From Candidatus Levyibacteriota bacterium (lineage in GTDB: Bacteria > Patescibacteriota > Microgenomatia > Levybacterales > UBA12049): 64,000 bases of DNA. The stretch lies in NCBI GenBank assembly GCA_963722305.1, contig CAVRKE010000002.1:187878-251877 (forward strand). The letters run 5' to 3'. This document shows positions 49,404-59,116 of this stretch, one piece after another. Position 1 is the first letter of the stretch. The number at the start of each line of letters is the position of its first letter. Under the pieces are notes generated by a model. It did not search any database, was not told the DNA's origin, and saw only the letters and a program-made list of their open reading frames with translations. Made by a program: the position numbers and the translations under genes.

Positions 49404-49412
49404 TGCTATAAT
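49404..49412 (+). promoter_or_regulatory. Extended -10 (TGcTATAAT) promoter upstream of alaS
   Basis: The same 13-mer tttctgctataat as upstream of the tRNA-Pro. TTGAAA lies 19 nt upstream. Confidence 0.4.
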
Positions 49413-49463
49413 TTAGCTATAACAGCGCTAACCAAATGATTAGTGATTAAGGATTAAAGATTA

Positions 49464-51248
49464 ATGAAAATAACCGCTAAAGAAATCATCGACATGTATA
49501 TAAGCTTCTTCGAAAAGAGAGGACATAAAAGAATTGCCAATTCTCCGTTGGTCCCGGAAAACGACCCGACTACTCTTTTTACATCCTCCGGCATGCAGCC
49601 TTTAGTCCCCTATCTTTTGGGCGAGGAACATCCCGCCGGCAAAAGATTAGTTGATGTCCAGAATTGCTTTCGCGCGGTTGACATCGAAGAAGTCGGCGAT
49701 AACCGACACGACACTTTTTTCCGTATGCTTGGCAACTGGTCTTTAGGTGATTATTTTAAGCAGGAAGAAATTCCTTGGCTTTGGGAATTGTTAACTAAAG
49801 AATATGGATTACCAAAAGAGAAACTCTATATCACTGTTCTTAAAATGTACAAAAATATTAACGCTGATAATGAATCGTACAATATTTGGAAAAATATTCT
49901 CGAAGAAGAAAACATAGATTGGGAGAATAGAATATCTTTTGCTGATGTGGACAAAAACTGGTGGAGCAGATCTGGAGCTCCAGATAATATGCCGGTTGGC
50001 GAAATCGGCGGACCGGATACCGAAGTTTATTACCGATTTGATGAAATTGAACATAAACCTGAGTGCAAAGATAATCCGGTTGATTGCGAATGCGGTAAGT
50101 ATTTGGAAATCGCCAACTCGGTTTTTATGCAATACAAAAAAACTGAACACGGTTTTGAAGAATTACCAAATAGAAACGTTGACTACGGCGGTGGAGTCGA
50201 AAGATTACTGGCGGCAATTGAAAACACACCGGACGTTTTCCAGACCAATCTTTTTGCTCCGATTATAAAAATTATTGAGGACGAAAGCGGTAAAAGTTAT
50301 GCACAAAATAGAAAAGAGATGCAGATTATCACCGACCATTTAACTGCTTCCGTTTTTATTGCCGCATCCGGCATTAAGCCTTCAAAAACCGAGCAAGGAT
50401 ATATCTTACGAAGATTAATCAGACGTGCGCTTGACAATTTCCGCGTTTTGGCAGGCGAAAATATTTCGGTGGTAATTGAAAGAGTCGTTGAACAATATTC
50501 ACCAACCGATGAAGAACTGGAACAAAAGTTTGAGGAAATAAAAAACGTTATTCTGGAAGAACAGCAAAACTATCAAAAGACAATTAGCGAGGCTGAAAAA
50601 ATTCTTAAAACTTCGGGAACCAGCGACGTTGCCAAAACCATTAGTGCCGATGACGCCTTCAAAATGTATACCACCCACGGCCTGTCTCCAACCCAAATCA
50701 GAAGTTTAGGTTATGTTTTTGACGAACAGGAATTTGCCAAAAAGATGGAAGAACACCAAAAGTTGTCCAGAGCCGGTGCCGGACAGAAATTTAAGGGCGG
50801 ACTGGCAGACCATTCGGAAAAAACCATCATGGGCCATACCGCCACCCACCTTTTGCATAAAGCCCTGCGGGATATGTTTGGTGAACAGCTTCACCAGACA
50901 GGCAGTAACATAACCAGTGAACGTGTACGCTTTGATTTTAATTTCGACAGGAAACTGACTGATGAAGAAATTAGTGAGCTTGAAAAAACCGTCAACGGAA
51001 AAATAAAAGACAATTTACCGGTTCATTTTGAAATCATGCCGCTTCAAAAGGCCAAGGAAGTTGGGGCAATCGGACTGTTTGACGAAAAATACGGCAACGA
51101 CGTCAAAGTATATTTTGTCGGTGATTATTCCAAAGAGTTCTGCGGCGGGCCGCATGTTGATTTTACTTCAAAGATAAAAGAGTTTAGAATAATAAAGCAG
51201 GAAAATATCGGTCACGGGCAGAGAAGAATTTATGCGGAAGTTGGCTGA
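49464..51248 (+). CDS. alaS: Alanine--tRNA ligase, compact form (catalytic plus editing domains, no C-Ala domain)
   Basis: Class II motifs (FTSSGMQP, RHDTFFRMLGNWSLGDYFK); editing-domain H-x-A-T-H-L-L motif. 594 aa. Confidence 0.85.
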   Translation: MKITAKEIIDMYISFFEKRGHKRIANSPLVPENDPTTLFTSSGMQPLVPYLLGEEHPAGKRLVDVQNCFRAVDIEEVGDNRHDTFFRMLGNWSLGDYFKQEEIPWLWELLTKEYGLPKEKLYITVLKMYKNINADNESYNIWKNILEEENIDWENRISFADVDKNWWSRSGAPDNMPVGEIGGPDTEVYYRFDEIEHKPECKDNPVDCECGKYLEIANSVFMQYKKTEHGFEELPNRNVDYGGGVERLLAAIENTPDVFQTNLFAPIIKIIEDESGKSYAQNRKEMQIITDHLTASVFIAASGIKPSKTEQGYILRRLIRRALDNFRVLAGENISVVIERVVEQYSPTDEELEQKFEEIKNVILEEQQNYQKTISEAEKILKTSGTSDVAKTISADDAFKMYTTHGLSPTQIRSLGYVFDEQEFAKKMEEHQKLSRAGAGQKFKGGLADHSEKTIMGHTATHLLHKALRDMFGEQLHQTGSNITSERVRFDFNFDRKLTDEEISELEKTVNGKIKDNLPVHFEIMPLQKAKEVGAIGLFDEKYGNDVKVYFVGDYSKEFCGGPHVDFTSKIKEFRIIKQENIGHGQRRIYAEVG

Positions 51249-51251
51249 GGC

Positions 51252-51297
51252 GTTCTAACGAACGCTGAAGTGGTTTGAGCCGTCAGGCTCAAACCAT
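51252..51297 (+). terminator. Two consecutive GC hairpins immediately after the alaS stop, with no U-tract
   Basis: gcgttc-taa-gaacgc and ggtttgagcc-gtca-ggctcaaacc. Confidence 0.35.
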
Positions 51298-51316
51298 TGG
51301 ATAAAATAATTAAATC

Positions 51317-53710
51317 ATGAAATTGCCTTTCTTAGACAAAAAAGAAAAACCCGAATATTACCTTGCCCTAGTTTTAAGAAACGAAAAGGCTACTTCGGTA
51401 ATTTTTGAAAAAATAGGCACAACGATTAAATATATTTCCCACGGCGAGGAAGAATTTAAAAATACGGTTGAAGACGCCGAAACCGAGGAGTTCTTGGATG
51501 TTTTAGATAAAACTATTACCCAAGCCGAGGAGGCGCTTCCCGAAAGCATCGAAACCCACAAAACGATTTTCGGACTTAAAGAAAGTTGGGTTGAGGAAAA
51601 TAAAATTAAAAAAGAATATTTGGAGAAATTAAAAAAGGCGAGCGTTGAATTAAGCCTTGACCCAATCGGTTTTCTGGTTTTTACCGAAAGTATCATTAAC
51701 CTAGTACAAAAAGACGAAGGGGCGCCTCTAACTGCAGTTATCGCGGACGTCGGCAATAAATTCATTATCGTTTCTTTAGTAAAAACCGGCAGAATTATCG
51801 AAACCAAATCTTCGGAAATCCACCAATCGGTTTCTTATACCGTTGACACGTTGTTGAAACATTTCCAAACTTCCGAAGTTTTACCATCAAGAATAATTAT
51901 TTTTGATTCCGAACAAGAAGAACTGACTCAGGAATTTATGAACCACCAGTGGAGTAAAAGCCTGCCGTTTTTGCATCTTCCCCAGATAATTAGCCTACCC
52001 CAAGACGCTGCCATAAAAGCGATGCTTTTAGGTGTAGCTACACAAATGGGCACAGAACTGTTGTATGACTCAACCGGCATTGACATGGACGAGCAGCCCA
52101 AGGTGCTCAAGCCCGAACAGCTTACGGAAACTAAACACATCGAAACTCCGGTCAAAGAACCGGAGGAAGAGAATGAAGACAAAGAAAAAACGCTGGAAGA
52201 AATCAGCACAGAAGAAACCCCTGAGGAAACAACCGATCTGGAAGAAACCGCAGAAGTTAAACAGGCAGAAACACAAAAACCCCTAGATTACGTTACCCAT
52301 GACGACTCACTGGAATATTTTGGTTTTCTTGAAGGTGCAGATATTGCAAAAACTCATCTACCCAAAATTGAACAGGAAGAAAAACAAAAGGCAATGCCCG
52401 ATGAAATAATTGAAGAAAGTATTGATGAAACACCGGTTGAAACAAAAATTGCCACCGAAAGCAAAATTGCCCTTCCGGCAATTACGGGCTTGGTAGTTGA
52501 AAAAATTAAAACCTCAACCGGCGTGGCTTTAAATTTCTTAAAGCAAATTCATCTTGGTAAACTTTTAACCAAAGAGAGTCTCCAGAATTTTAAGAGCGGG
52601 AAACTATTGCTTATTCCACTGGTTATATTAATCTTGATTATTCTTGCGTTATTCTTATTTTTGTCAAATACCAAAGCCACGATATCAATTTTGGTTAATC
52701 CTAAACAGGATAACAAAACCGCCACGGTAACTTTCTCCCCATCTTCACCTACCGATATTCCCAATGCGGTAATTGCCGAAACTCCGGTTTCGGTTTCGGA
52801 AGACGGAAGTATCACCGAACCTGCAACCGGCAAGAAAAATATTGGCACTCCGGCAAAAGGAACAGTCACTATTTTTAACATTGCCACCGGAAGCTTAACT
52901 CTTTCTTCCGGAACAACCATTACTTCTTCGAACGGATTAACGTTTACTCTGGATAATGATGTTGTTGTCGCTTCGGGAGATGCGATACTCGGAGCATCAA
53001 CCGCAGACGTTAATGTTACCGCTTCCGATATTGGACAGGACTATAATCTTCCGTCGGGAACAAAATTTAGCGTTTCCGGAAGCGATGCGACCGTTGCCGC
53101 CAAAAATGACGACGCATTTTCCGGCGGAACATCAAAACAAGTAACCGTCGTCTCCAAAGACGATTTGCAAAAAGCCCTGACTGACCTACCTAAACAGCTT
53201 GAGAACAAAGCCAAAAGCGATATTCAAACCAAAGCTGAAAGTGGGAGTTCAGTTCTGGCAAACTTCGCCGATGAAAGCGTTGACAAACAAAGCTTTGACA
53301 AAAAAGCCGACGACCAAGCAAACCAGGTAACCTTGACGGGCAGCGTAACTTTTACGGGAATTTCTTATAAAAATACCGACCTGGTTGCGTTTGCCAATTC
53401 TCTTTTTAACTCATCCGAGGCAGAGCTTAGTCAGGAGAATTTAACTGTCAGTGCCAAAAACATCGTTATTGAAAAAAATAACGATATTTCTACTGATTTA
53501 ACGATTAACGCCAACCTTTTACCAAAAATTGACACCGCTGCTCTTGTCAAACAAATCGCTGGTAATCCTTTACAAAAAGCCAAAAATATTATTGGGAATT
53601 TACCGCAGGTTGAAAATGTCGGAGTAGTATTAAAACCGGATCTCTTTTTTCTCCCCCAAAATCTGCCTGGTAATCCTAAAAACATAACTATACAAATCAC
53701 AACAAAATAG
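51317..53710 (+). CDS. Large membrane protein: actin-like (PilM/FtsA-like) N-domain, acidic linker, one transmembrane helix, T/S-rich extracytoplasmic beta-rich domain
   Basis: N-domain pattern ALVLRNEKATSVIFE...AVIADVGNKFIIVSL. E/T-rich linker 52080-52300. Transmembrane helix LLLIPLVILILIILALFLFL. Confidence 0.55.
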   Translation: MKLPFLDKKEKPEYYLALVLRNEKATSVIFEKIGTTIKYISHGEEEFKNTVEDAETEEFLDVLDKTITQAEEALPESIETHKTIFGLKESWVEENKIKKEYLEKLKKASVELSLDPIGFLVFTESIINLVQKDEGAPLTAVIADVGNKFIIVSLVKTGRIIETKSSEIHQSVSYTVDTLLKHFQTSEVLPSRIIIFDSEQEELTQEFMNHQWSKSLPFLHLPQIISLPQDAAIKAMLLGVATQMGTELLYDSTGIDMDEQPKVLKPEQLTETKHIETPVKEPEEENEDKEKTLEEISTEETPEETTDLEETAEVKQAETQKPLDYVTHDDSLEYFGFLEGADIAKTHLPKIEQEEKQKAMPDEIIEESIDETPVETKIATESKIALPAITGLVVEKIKTSTGVALNFLKQIHLGKLLTKESLQNFKSGKLLLIPLVILILIILALFLFLSNTKATISILVNPKQDNKTATVTFSPSSPTDIPNAVIAETPVSVSEDGSITEPATGKKNIGTPAKGTVTIFNIATGSLTLSSGTTITSSNGLTFTLDNDVVVASGDAILGASTADVNVTASDIGQDYNLPSGTKFSVSGSDATVAAKNDDAFSGGTSKQVTVVSKDDLQKALTDLPKQLENKAKSDIQTKAESGSSVLANFADESVDKQSFDKKADDQANQVTLTGSVTFTGISYKNTDLVAFANSLFNSSEAELSQENLTVSAKNIVIEKNNDISTDLTINANLLPKIDTAALVKQIAGNPLQKAKNIIGNLPQVENVGVVLKPDLFFLPQNLPGNPKNITIQITTK

Positions 53711-54442
53711 ATGGGCAAATACTACTACAAAAGGAGTAAAAAAATTGAGAAAAGGAAGATTATTCGCTTATTCGGTTTAGCAATTTTTTTATTTGGCGCC
53801 GCAATTGTTATTTACGTTTTTTTCCCTCTTATCTCCTGGCAGATATATTTTGCACCGGTGTTTGCTAACCAGACGGTTGCCACCCCGATTCCGCAAAACT
53901 CGGTTGTTTCAAATTCTACAATCGAGTCGCTAATACAAGAAGCTTCAAATAGTTTAACAGGCATGGATTACACCAACGCCCAAAACTGGTTTCCTACTTT
54001 AAAATTTCAAAAATCCGGAACGCCAAATATTCAAAGCTATACCTTATCTATCCCAAAATTAAAATTGCAAGATCTGACGGTTTCAACCGTTGACTATGAC
54101 CTTTCCAAACATCTGGTAAACTATTTGGGAACGGCTGTGCCGGCCGGTAAAGGAAACGCGGTAGTGTTTGGCCATTCCACTCTCCCGCAACTTTACGATT
54201 CAAAAAACTACAAAACAGTTTTTACTTTTTTGTATGAACTTGTCCCCGGAGACGAAATTGATATTAATATAGGAAGCGTTATTTATAAATATAAAGTGGA
54301 AAATGTTACGGTTGTCGACCCAAATAATACTTCCGTTTTACAACAAAATTATGACGACAGTTTCTTGACTCTTATCACCTGTACACCACCCGGAACAACT
54401 TGGAAAAGATTAGTGATTAAATCAAGACTGGAAAAAATATGA
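53711..54442 (+). CDS. Sortase-family transpeptidase
   Basis: N-terminal transmembrane segment, His in VVFGHSTL, and catalytic LTLITCTPP (TLxTC) motif. Confidence 0.75.
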   Translation: MGKYYYKRSKKIEKRKIIRLFGLAIFLFGAAIVIYVFFPLISWQIYFAPVFANQTVATPIPQNSVVSNSTIESLIQEASNSLTGMDYTNAQNWFPTLKFQKSGTPNIQSYTLSIPKLKLQDLTVSTVDYDLSKHLVNYLGTAVPAGKGNAVVFGHSTLPQLYDSKNYKTVFTFLYELVPGDEIDINIGSVIYKYKVENVTVVDPNNTSVLQQNYDDSFLTLITCTPPGTTWKRLVIKSRLEKI

Positions 54443-54569
54443 TGGAACGACCAACTTGGCAAAGAGTCTTATATAATATCTGGCCAACTATAAGAAGAGC
54501 CCTTAGTGATCTATTTATTATTTTCATAAAGGTTTTCAAATCGGCTTGGCGAATCATCCGCGAACAGAT

Positions 54570-55847
54570 ATGACAGACGAACAGCATCTGGCAATTAATG
54601 CCATCCGGAAAAAATTATTGGGCAAAGATTTAAATTATAAAGAAATTTACGCCATCATGGATCAAATTTCCCGCAGGAAATTTGATGACATCTTAACTAC
54701 CTATTTTGCCGCCTCCGGCTATTCGGAAGGATTTACCAACCAGGAACTTTATTACCTGACTAAAGCGATGGTTGAAACCGGAGAAAAACTGGAATTTAAA
54801 GGTATTGTTGCGGACAAGCATTCCATCGGCGGAGTACCCGGAACAAGAACGACGCCAATTGTTGTGGCAATAGTTGCGGCCGCCGGTTTTAAAATTCCCA
54901 AAAGCTCTTCAAGGGCAATCACGACTCCCGACGGGACGGCGGACGACATGGAAGTTTTAGCACCGGTAGAACTCACAAAAAAGCATATTTATGAAACTGT
55001 AGCTAAAACTAACGGGTGTATTGTTTGGGGCGGTAGTCTTAAAATCGCTCCGGCCGACGACATCATCATTCAGGTTGAAAAACCGCTGATGTTTGAAAGT
55101 TTTGACAAAATCCTCGTCTCCATCATGGCTAAAAAAATTGCTTTTGGCAGTAACCACGTTGTGATTGATTTACCTTTTGGAAAAAGCGTCAAAGTGCACA
55201 CTTTAAAAGATGCCCAGTATATTAAAAGTAAATTCTTGTTTTTGGCTAAAAAATTTAAAATAAAAATGCGGGTTTTGATTCACCGAACCGATGAACCGGG
55301 AGGCCGCGGCATTGGTCCGGTCTTGGAAATAAGAGAAACACTAAAAGTTCTCGAACAAACTAAAGACAGGCCGCTGGACCTGGAAATTAGAAGCATGGAT
55401 TTAGCCAGTAATCTTTTGGAGATTTGCCTTGAGGATAGCCCAAAAGAATTAAGAAATTCAATTAAGCAAATTTATGGTAATGCCTATGGCTGGGCCTTTG
55501 ATCTTCTTGAGTCTGGCAGGGCTTTGGAAAAATTCAAACAAATCATTGAAGCCCAGGGAGGAAATCCCAACGTTTCCAGTAAAAATTTAAAACTTGGTAA
55601 ATATGTTTTTGAGGAAAAGGCCGATAAAAGCGGCACTCTAAAAGAAATCAACAGCCGCAATCTTACCGCTATTGCCAAAATACTAGGCGCTCCGAAACAG
55701 AAATCGGCCGGTATCTACTTAAACAAGAAAATTGATGAAAAAATAAGCAGAGACGAAACAATCTATACACTTTTTAGCGAAAATGTGTATAATCTTAAGG
55801 AGGGAAAGGAGTCTTTAGTAAATTTCCCGATTGTTAAATATAAATGA
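54570..55847 (+). CDS. Thymidine-phosphorylase-family enzyme, probably AMP phosphorylase (archaeal/CPR type)
   Basis: HSIGGVPGTRTTP motif. The ORF opens at 54546; the likely start is MTDEQ. Confidence 0.75.
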   Translation: MTDEQHLAINAIRKKLLGKDLNYKEIYAIMDQISRRKFDDILTTYFAASGYSEGFTNQELYYLTKAMVETGEKLEFKGIVADKHSIGGVPGTRTTPIVVAIVAAAGFKIPKSSSRAITTPDGTADDMEVLAPVELTKKHIYETVAKTNGCIVWGGSLKIAPADDIIIQVEKPLMFESFDKILVSIMAKKIAFGSNHVVIDLPFGKSVKVHTLKDAQYIKSKFLFLAKKFKIKMRVLIHRTDEPGGRGIGPVLEIRETLKVLEQTKDRPLDLEIRSMDLASNLLEICLEDSPKELRNSIKQIYGNAYGWAFDLLESGRALEKFKQIIEAQGGNPNVSSKNLKLGKYVFEEKADKSGTLKEINSRNLTAIAKILGAPKQKSAGIYLNKKIDEKISRDETIYTLFSENVYNLKEGKESLVNFPIVKYK

Positions 55848-56806
55848 AAAGATTACTTGTTGCTTTAGGAATCTTATTAATACTTCTGGTTGCCGGGATT
55901 TTCTGGTGGGAACGGGGGTTACTCGCTTTAGATACTTCCAATAAAACTTTTCAGACCTTCGTTATAAAAAACGGTGAGGGAGTCAGGGAAATTTCGAATA
56001 ACTTAAGGACGCAAAGGCTAATCAAGGACCCGGTTGTATTTTTTCTTTTGACCAAGTTTGAAGGCTTGGATAAAAAAATTCAGGCCGGTGATTTTAGGCT
56101 TAGTCCGTCAATGAACGCCCAGGAAATTGCCACCAATTTAACCCACGGAATGCTGGATATTTGGACCACCATTCCCGAGGGCCTTCGTGCCACTGAAATT
56201 GCGGAAATTTTAGAAGCCAAAAATCCCAGTTACAACGACTCTTGGAAAGCCGCACTTGAAGCTAATGAAGGATACCTATTCCCCGACACTTATTTGATTC
56301 CTAAAAACGCCGATATCAACTTAATATTGACATTGATGAAAAACAATTTTCAGGAAAAATATGATAGCGTCAAAACTATGAAAACGACTGCCTTAACCGA
56401 CGCCCAAACTATCATTGTTGCTTCGATTATCGAAAAAGAGGCCAAGTTTGCCCAGGACCGGCCAATTGTTGCCTCGGTGATTATGAACAGACTAAATATC
56501 GGCATGGCCTTGCAGGTTGATCCAACCGTTGCCTATGCTTTGGGCTATCAACCCGATACAAAGAGCTGGTGGAAAAAAGATTTGACTTTTGACGACTTAA
56601 AAGTAGATTCTCCTTACAACACCTATAAAAACGTTGGGCTTCCACCAACAGCAATTTGTAACCCCGGACTATCGTCAATCGAAGCGGCCTTAAAACCGGC
56701 AAACACCAATTATCTTTATTATTTCTCCGACAAGCAGGGGCATTTACATTTTGCAACTACGGTTGAGGGCCACAACGCCAACATCCAAAAATACGGAGGT
56801 CAGTAA
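55844..56806 (+). CDS. mltG: Endolytic murein transglycosylase MltG (YceG-like)
   Basis: N-terminal transmembrane segment and YceG domain; 320 aa. Confidence 0.8.
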   Translation: MKRLLVALGILLILLVAGIFWWERGLLALDTSNKTFQTFVIKNGEGVREISNNLRTQRLIKDPVVFFLLTKFEGLDKKIQAGDFRLSPSMNAQEIATNLTHGMLDIWTTIPEGLRATEIAEILEAKNPSYNDSWKAALEANEGYLFPDTYLIPKNADINLILTLMKNNFQEKYDSVKTMKTTALTDAQTIIVASIIEKEAKFAQDRPIVASVIMNRLNIGMALQVDPTVAYALGYQPDTKSWWKKDLTFDDLKVDSPYNTYKNVGLPPTAICNPGLSSIEAALKPANTNYLYYFSDKQGHLHFATTVEGHNANIQKYGGQ

Positions 56807-56809
56807 AAT

Positions 56810-57238
56810 TTATTGGGAAGAACATTCCGGTTTTTGATTCTGTCGCAAAAGCTGAAAAGCTGCATCATCTTTAAGCTGTCGGATTTTTACGTAAACTCTT
56901 CTAAGAGAATCTTTCATCAACATTTCTCCCGCAAGCCTTTTTACGGTTGCATATTCACCGGCATCAAAGTACAAAGATACTGCATTTGCAGCCAAATCTG
57001 GTCTTGTATCGGGGTTCATTGTTAACGAATATGCCTGATATTCAAGTTGTGCCGCTCTAAGTGACACTTGCCTGGCATTTTCTAACAAACCATCACTTCT
57101 TAAGTGCACAGCCAGAATCATCAAGTCTTCCGCTTGCCGATGATATCCCATGGCAACTGCATCCGGTCCTGCTAAGCCATGCCTATCGTCAACGCGTCTT
57201 CCGGTTCCTCTTGTTACTCTTCTTCCTCTTTCATCCAT
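56810..57238 (-). CDS. Hypothetical protein, 142 aa
   Basis: Intact ORF, convergent with mltG. No family recognised. Confidence 0.45.
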   Translation of the reverse strand: MDERGRRVTRGTGRRVDDRHGLAGPDAVAMGYHRQAEDLMILAVHLRSDGLLENARQVSLRAAQLEYQAYSLTMNPDTRPDLAANAVSLYFDAGEYATVKRLAGEMLMKDSLRRVYVKIRQLKDDAAFQLLRQNQKPECSSQ

Positions 57239-57317
57239 AGGAACAAGATTATAGCAAAATAACGCGATAATTAAAACTATAAGATTATCCTATCCTGGCG
57301 GAGCCTCGCTTCTAACT

Positions 57318-58019
57318 TCACAGAGCTACTTTTTGGGCCTGGAGAAAACCAGCTATTTGCCACCTTGTGATTTGTAAACGGTAATTGTGAGTTTCGTGTT
57401 CGCTGTCAATGTCTTTCGGAGCTTGAATATTGCACTCGGAAAAATTAAATGGCATATTCAGTCTTTTGGCTAAAACGTAATAAAATGACTCTATCCCCCA
57501 GCCAGCCTCTCCTTTTAGTTGGTCTAAATAATTAACTAAGCTTGCCGGATAGATTTTTGGGCCGGCAAAATAGTCATTTTCAATTCCAACGTAATCGCTA
57601 AGCAACATGTTTAAAAATTCTTCTTGCCTCATTTGGAAAAGCGGATAAGTTTGTAAACTCTCCTTTGTTCTGACCGAAATTAACATGCCTTTAACCGAAA
57701 GTTTCTTATACTCCTTAATCATTTGTAATGCTGAATTTTGGGCAAAATCTAGTTTGTCCGATTGAACATAGAAAATATAATCGGCAATTCTTGCGCTTTC
57801 CCTTTGTGCGAGGATTACTTGCTCGGTTAACGAACCTGACTCAAAAAGAATAATGTTGTTTAAGTTCCGTATCTGCTTTTTATTATCTGGCGAAGACTTA
57901 TCAACGACGATAATAGGAACTTTTAATTTACTGAGCGCTTCCAGTGTTCCTAGCACAATCTCTCTTTCTTCTTTTGTCCTAATCCAAGTAACGGTGGAAA
58001 TTGCCACAAATGCCTTCAT
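57318..58019 (-). CDS. Glycosyltransferase family 2-like protein
   Basis: VPIIVVDKSSPD resembles the GT2 DxD-region N-terminus. Tentative. Confidence 0.45.
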   Translation of the reverse strand: MKAFVAISTVTWIRTKEEREIVLGTLEALSKLKVPIIVVDKSSPDNKKQIRNLNNIILFESGSLTEQVILAQRESARIADYIFYVQSDKLDFAQNSALQMIKEYKKLSVKGMLISVRTKESLQTYPLFQMRQEEFLNMLLSDYVGIENDYFAGPKIYPASLVNYLDQLKGEAGWGIESFYYVLAKRLNMPFNFSECNIQAPKDIDSEHETHNYRLQITRWQIAGFLQAQKVAL

Positions 58020-58037
58020 GGGGTTATTATAACAAAC

Positions 58038-58430
58038 TTATTTATTGAGTTCTTTATAAACATCCTCAATATTTTTTCTGGCATTTACTGCCGGGTGGAA
58101 ATAAAACATGTTGTTCGTAATAAATCTTCCGACTACATAAATTTTTGGTTTATTAAATTTAGTACTTAATGCTAGTGCGGCTCCAAGTTCAACCGAAGAT
58201 CCTACGCCTACATCTTTGTTGGTTAAAAGAATAAAAACATCACAATCTAATACCCCATTTAAGTCTTCAATTGAGTAATCTTTGCTAATTTTTATATTTT
58301 TGTTAAACGGTTTGGGGTTCTGGTGCCAAGTCCAGTCCACCGTAATTTTGTGCCCAGTTTTTTCTAGTTCGTTATAAATTTTTTTTACTTTCCTTTTTTC
58401 GAAAAATCTGGCAGCAACATAAACTTTCAT
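58038..58430 (-). CDS. Nucleoside 2-deoxyribosyltransferase-like (Rossmann-like) protein
   Basis: VYVAARF ... DCDVFILL ... GSSVELGAALAL pattern. Confidence 0.5.
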   Translation of the reverse strand: MKVYVAARFFEKRKVKKIYNELEKTGHKITVDWTWHQNPKPFNKNIKISKDYSIEDLNGVLDCDVFILLTNKDVGVGSSVELGAALALSTKFNKPKIYVVGRFITNNMFYFHPAVNARKNIEDVYKELNK

Positions 58431-58466
58431 GTGGTAATTATATCAAAAAGAATTGCAGATAATCGT

Positions 58467-58805
58467 TTATTTTCTTATTCTTCGGAAGAAGCGGTGTTTG
58501 GGGGATTTTTTCTCTTGTCCATCCGAAGCCTCGGCGGAGGAGGATTCTTCTTTAGTTTCTGAATCCCGAGGCTTGCCGAGGTCCTGAGCGGAGTCGAAGG
58601 ATTGCTCCGGAACTTCTTCCATGTCGTCAATTTCCTCAAACCCTTCTAAATCATATTCTTCCAAAAGGTTGACCAAGCCGTCCAATCCCTGTTCTGATAT
58701 TATTTTGAGAAGATTCTTGCCTGTTCTTGTCCCCAGCAAGAATACGGCGCCGCCGCCTAAAATTATTCCCAATAATAATCCTGTTGAAAATTTACTGTCA
58801 TTCAT
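58467..58805 (-). CDS. YtxH-like membrane-anchored protein with an acidic C-terminal tail
   Basis: Likely start MNDSK; GLLLGIILGGGAVFLLG helix. The tail overlaps one copy of the repeated element. Confidence 0.5.
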   Translation of the reverse strand: MNDSKFSTGLLLGIILGGGAVFLLGTRTGKNLLKIISEQGLDGLVNLLEEYDLEGFEEIDDMEEVPEQSFDSAQDLGKPRDSETKEESSSAEASDGQEKKSPKHRFFRRIRK

Positions 58806-59079
58806 TTTTCTTTTCTTTCTCGTGGTGCTTTTTGCCACCCTGCAAAATTTTGGCAATTGTTGCGCCTGTTTTTAATCCCATTGCCAGGGTTGAAAGAGAG
58901 GAAATCGGCTTGGAAACACTTTCGGTGATGACTCCGGTATCATCGAGAACTTTGTTGGCTTTATCAATGGTTTTACGAAGCTCTCTTAAAATGAAAAAGA
59001 CTTGAATTCCAAGAACCACCAGAAGAATGGTGAGGATAATAATTACCAGGAATAAGACTGTTTGGGCAGGGTCTATCAT
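58798..59079 (-). CDS. DUF948-like single-transmembrane protein
   Basis: N-terminal transmembrane helix plus coiled region; 93 aa. Confidence 0.5.
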   Translation of the reverse strand: MIDPAQTVLFLVIIILTILLVVLGIQVFFILRELRKTIDKANKVLDDTGVITESVSKPISSLSTLAMGLKTGATIAKILQGGKKHHEKEKKNE

Positions 59080-59116
59080 ATTGTTAAGATAAAACTATCT
59101 TAATTTTGGCTTAATG

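Noticed and set aside
52060-52290. Overlapping basic-peptide ORF (52065-52286, plus strand) and a minus-strand ORF within the acidic linker of the 797-aa gene
   Set aside because: They are alternative frames of a highly repetitive GAA/AAA-rich linker; the main frame is continuous with the flanking domains.
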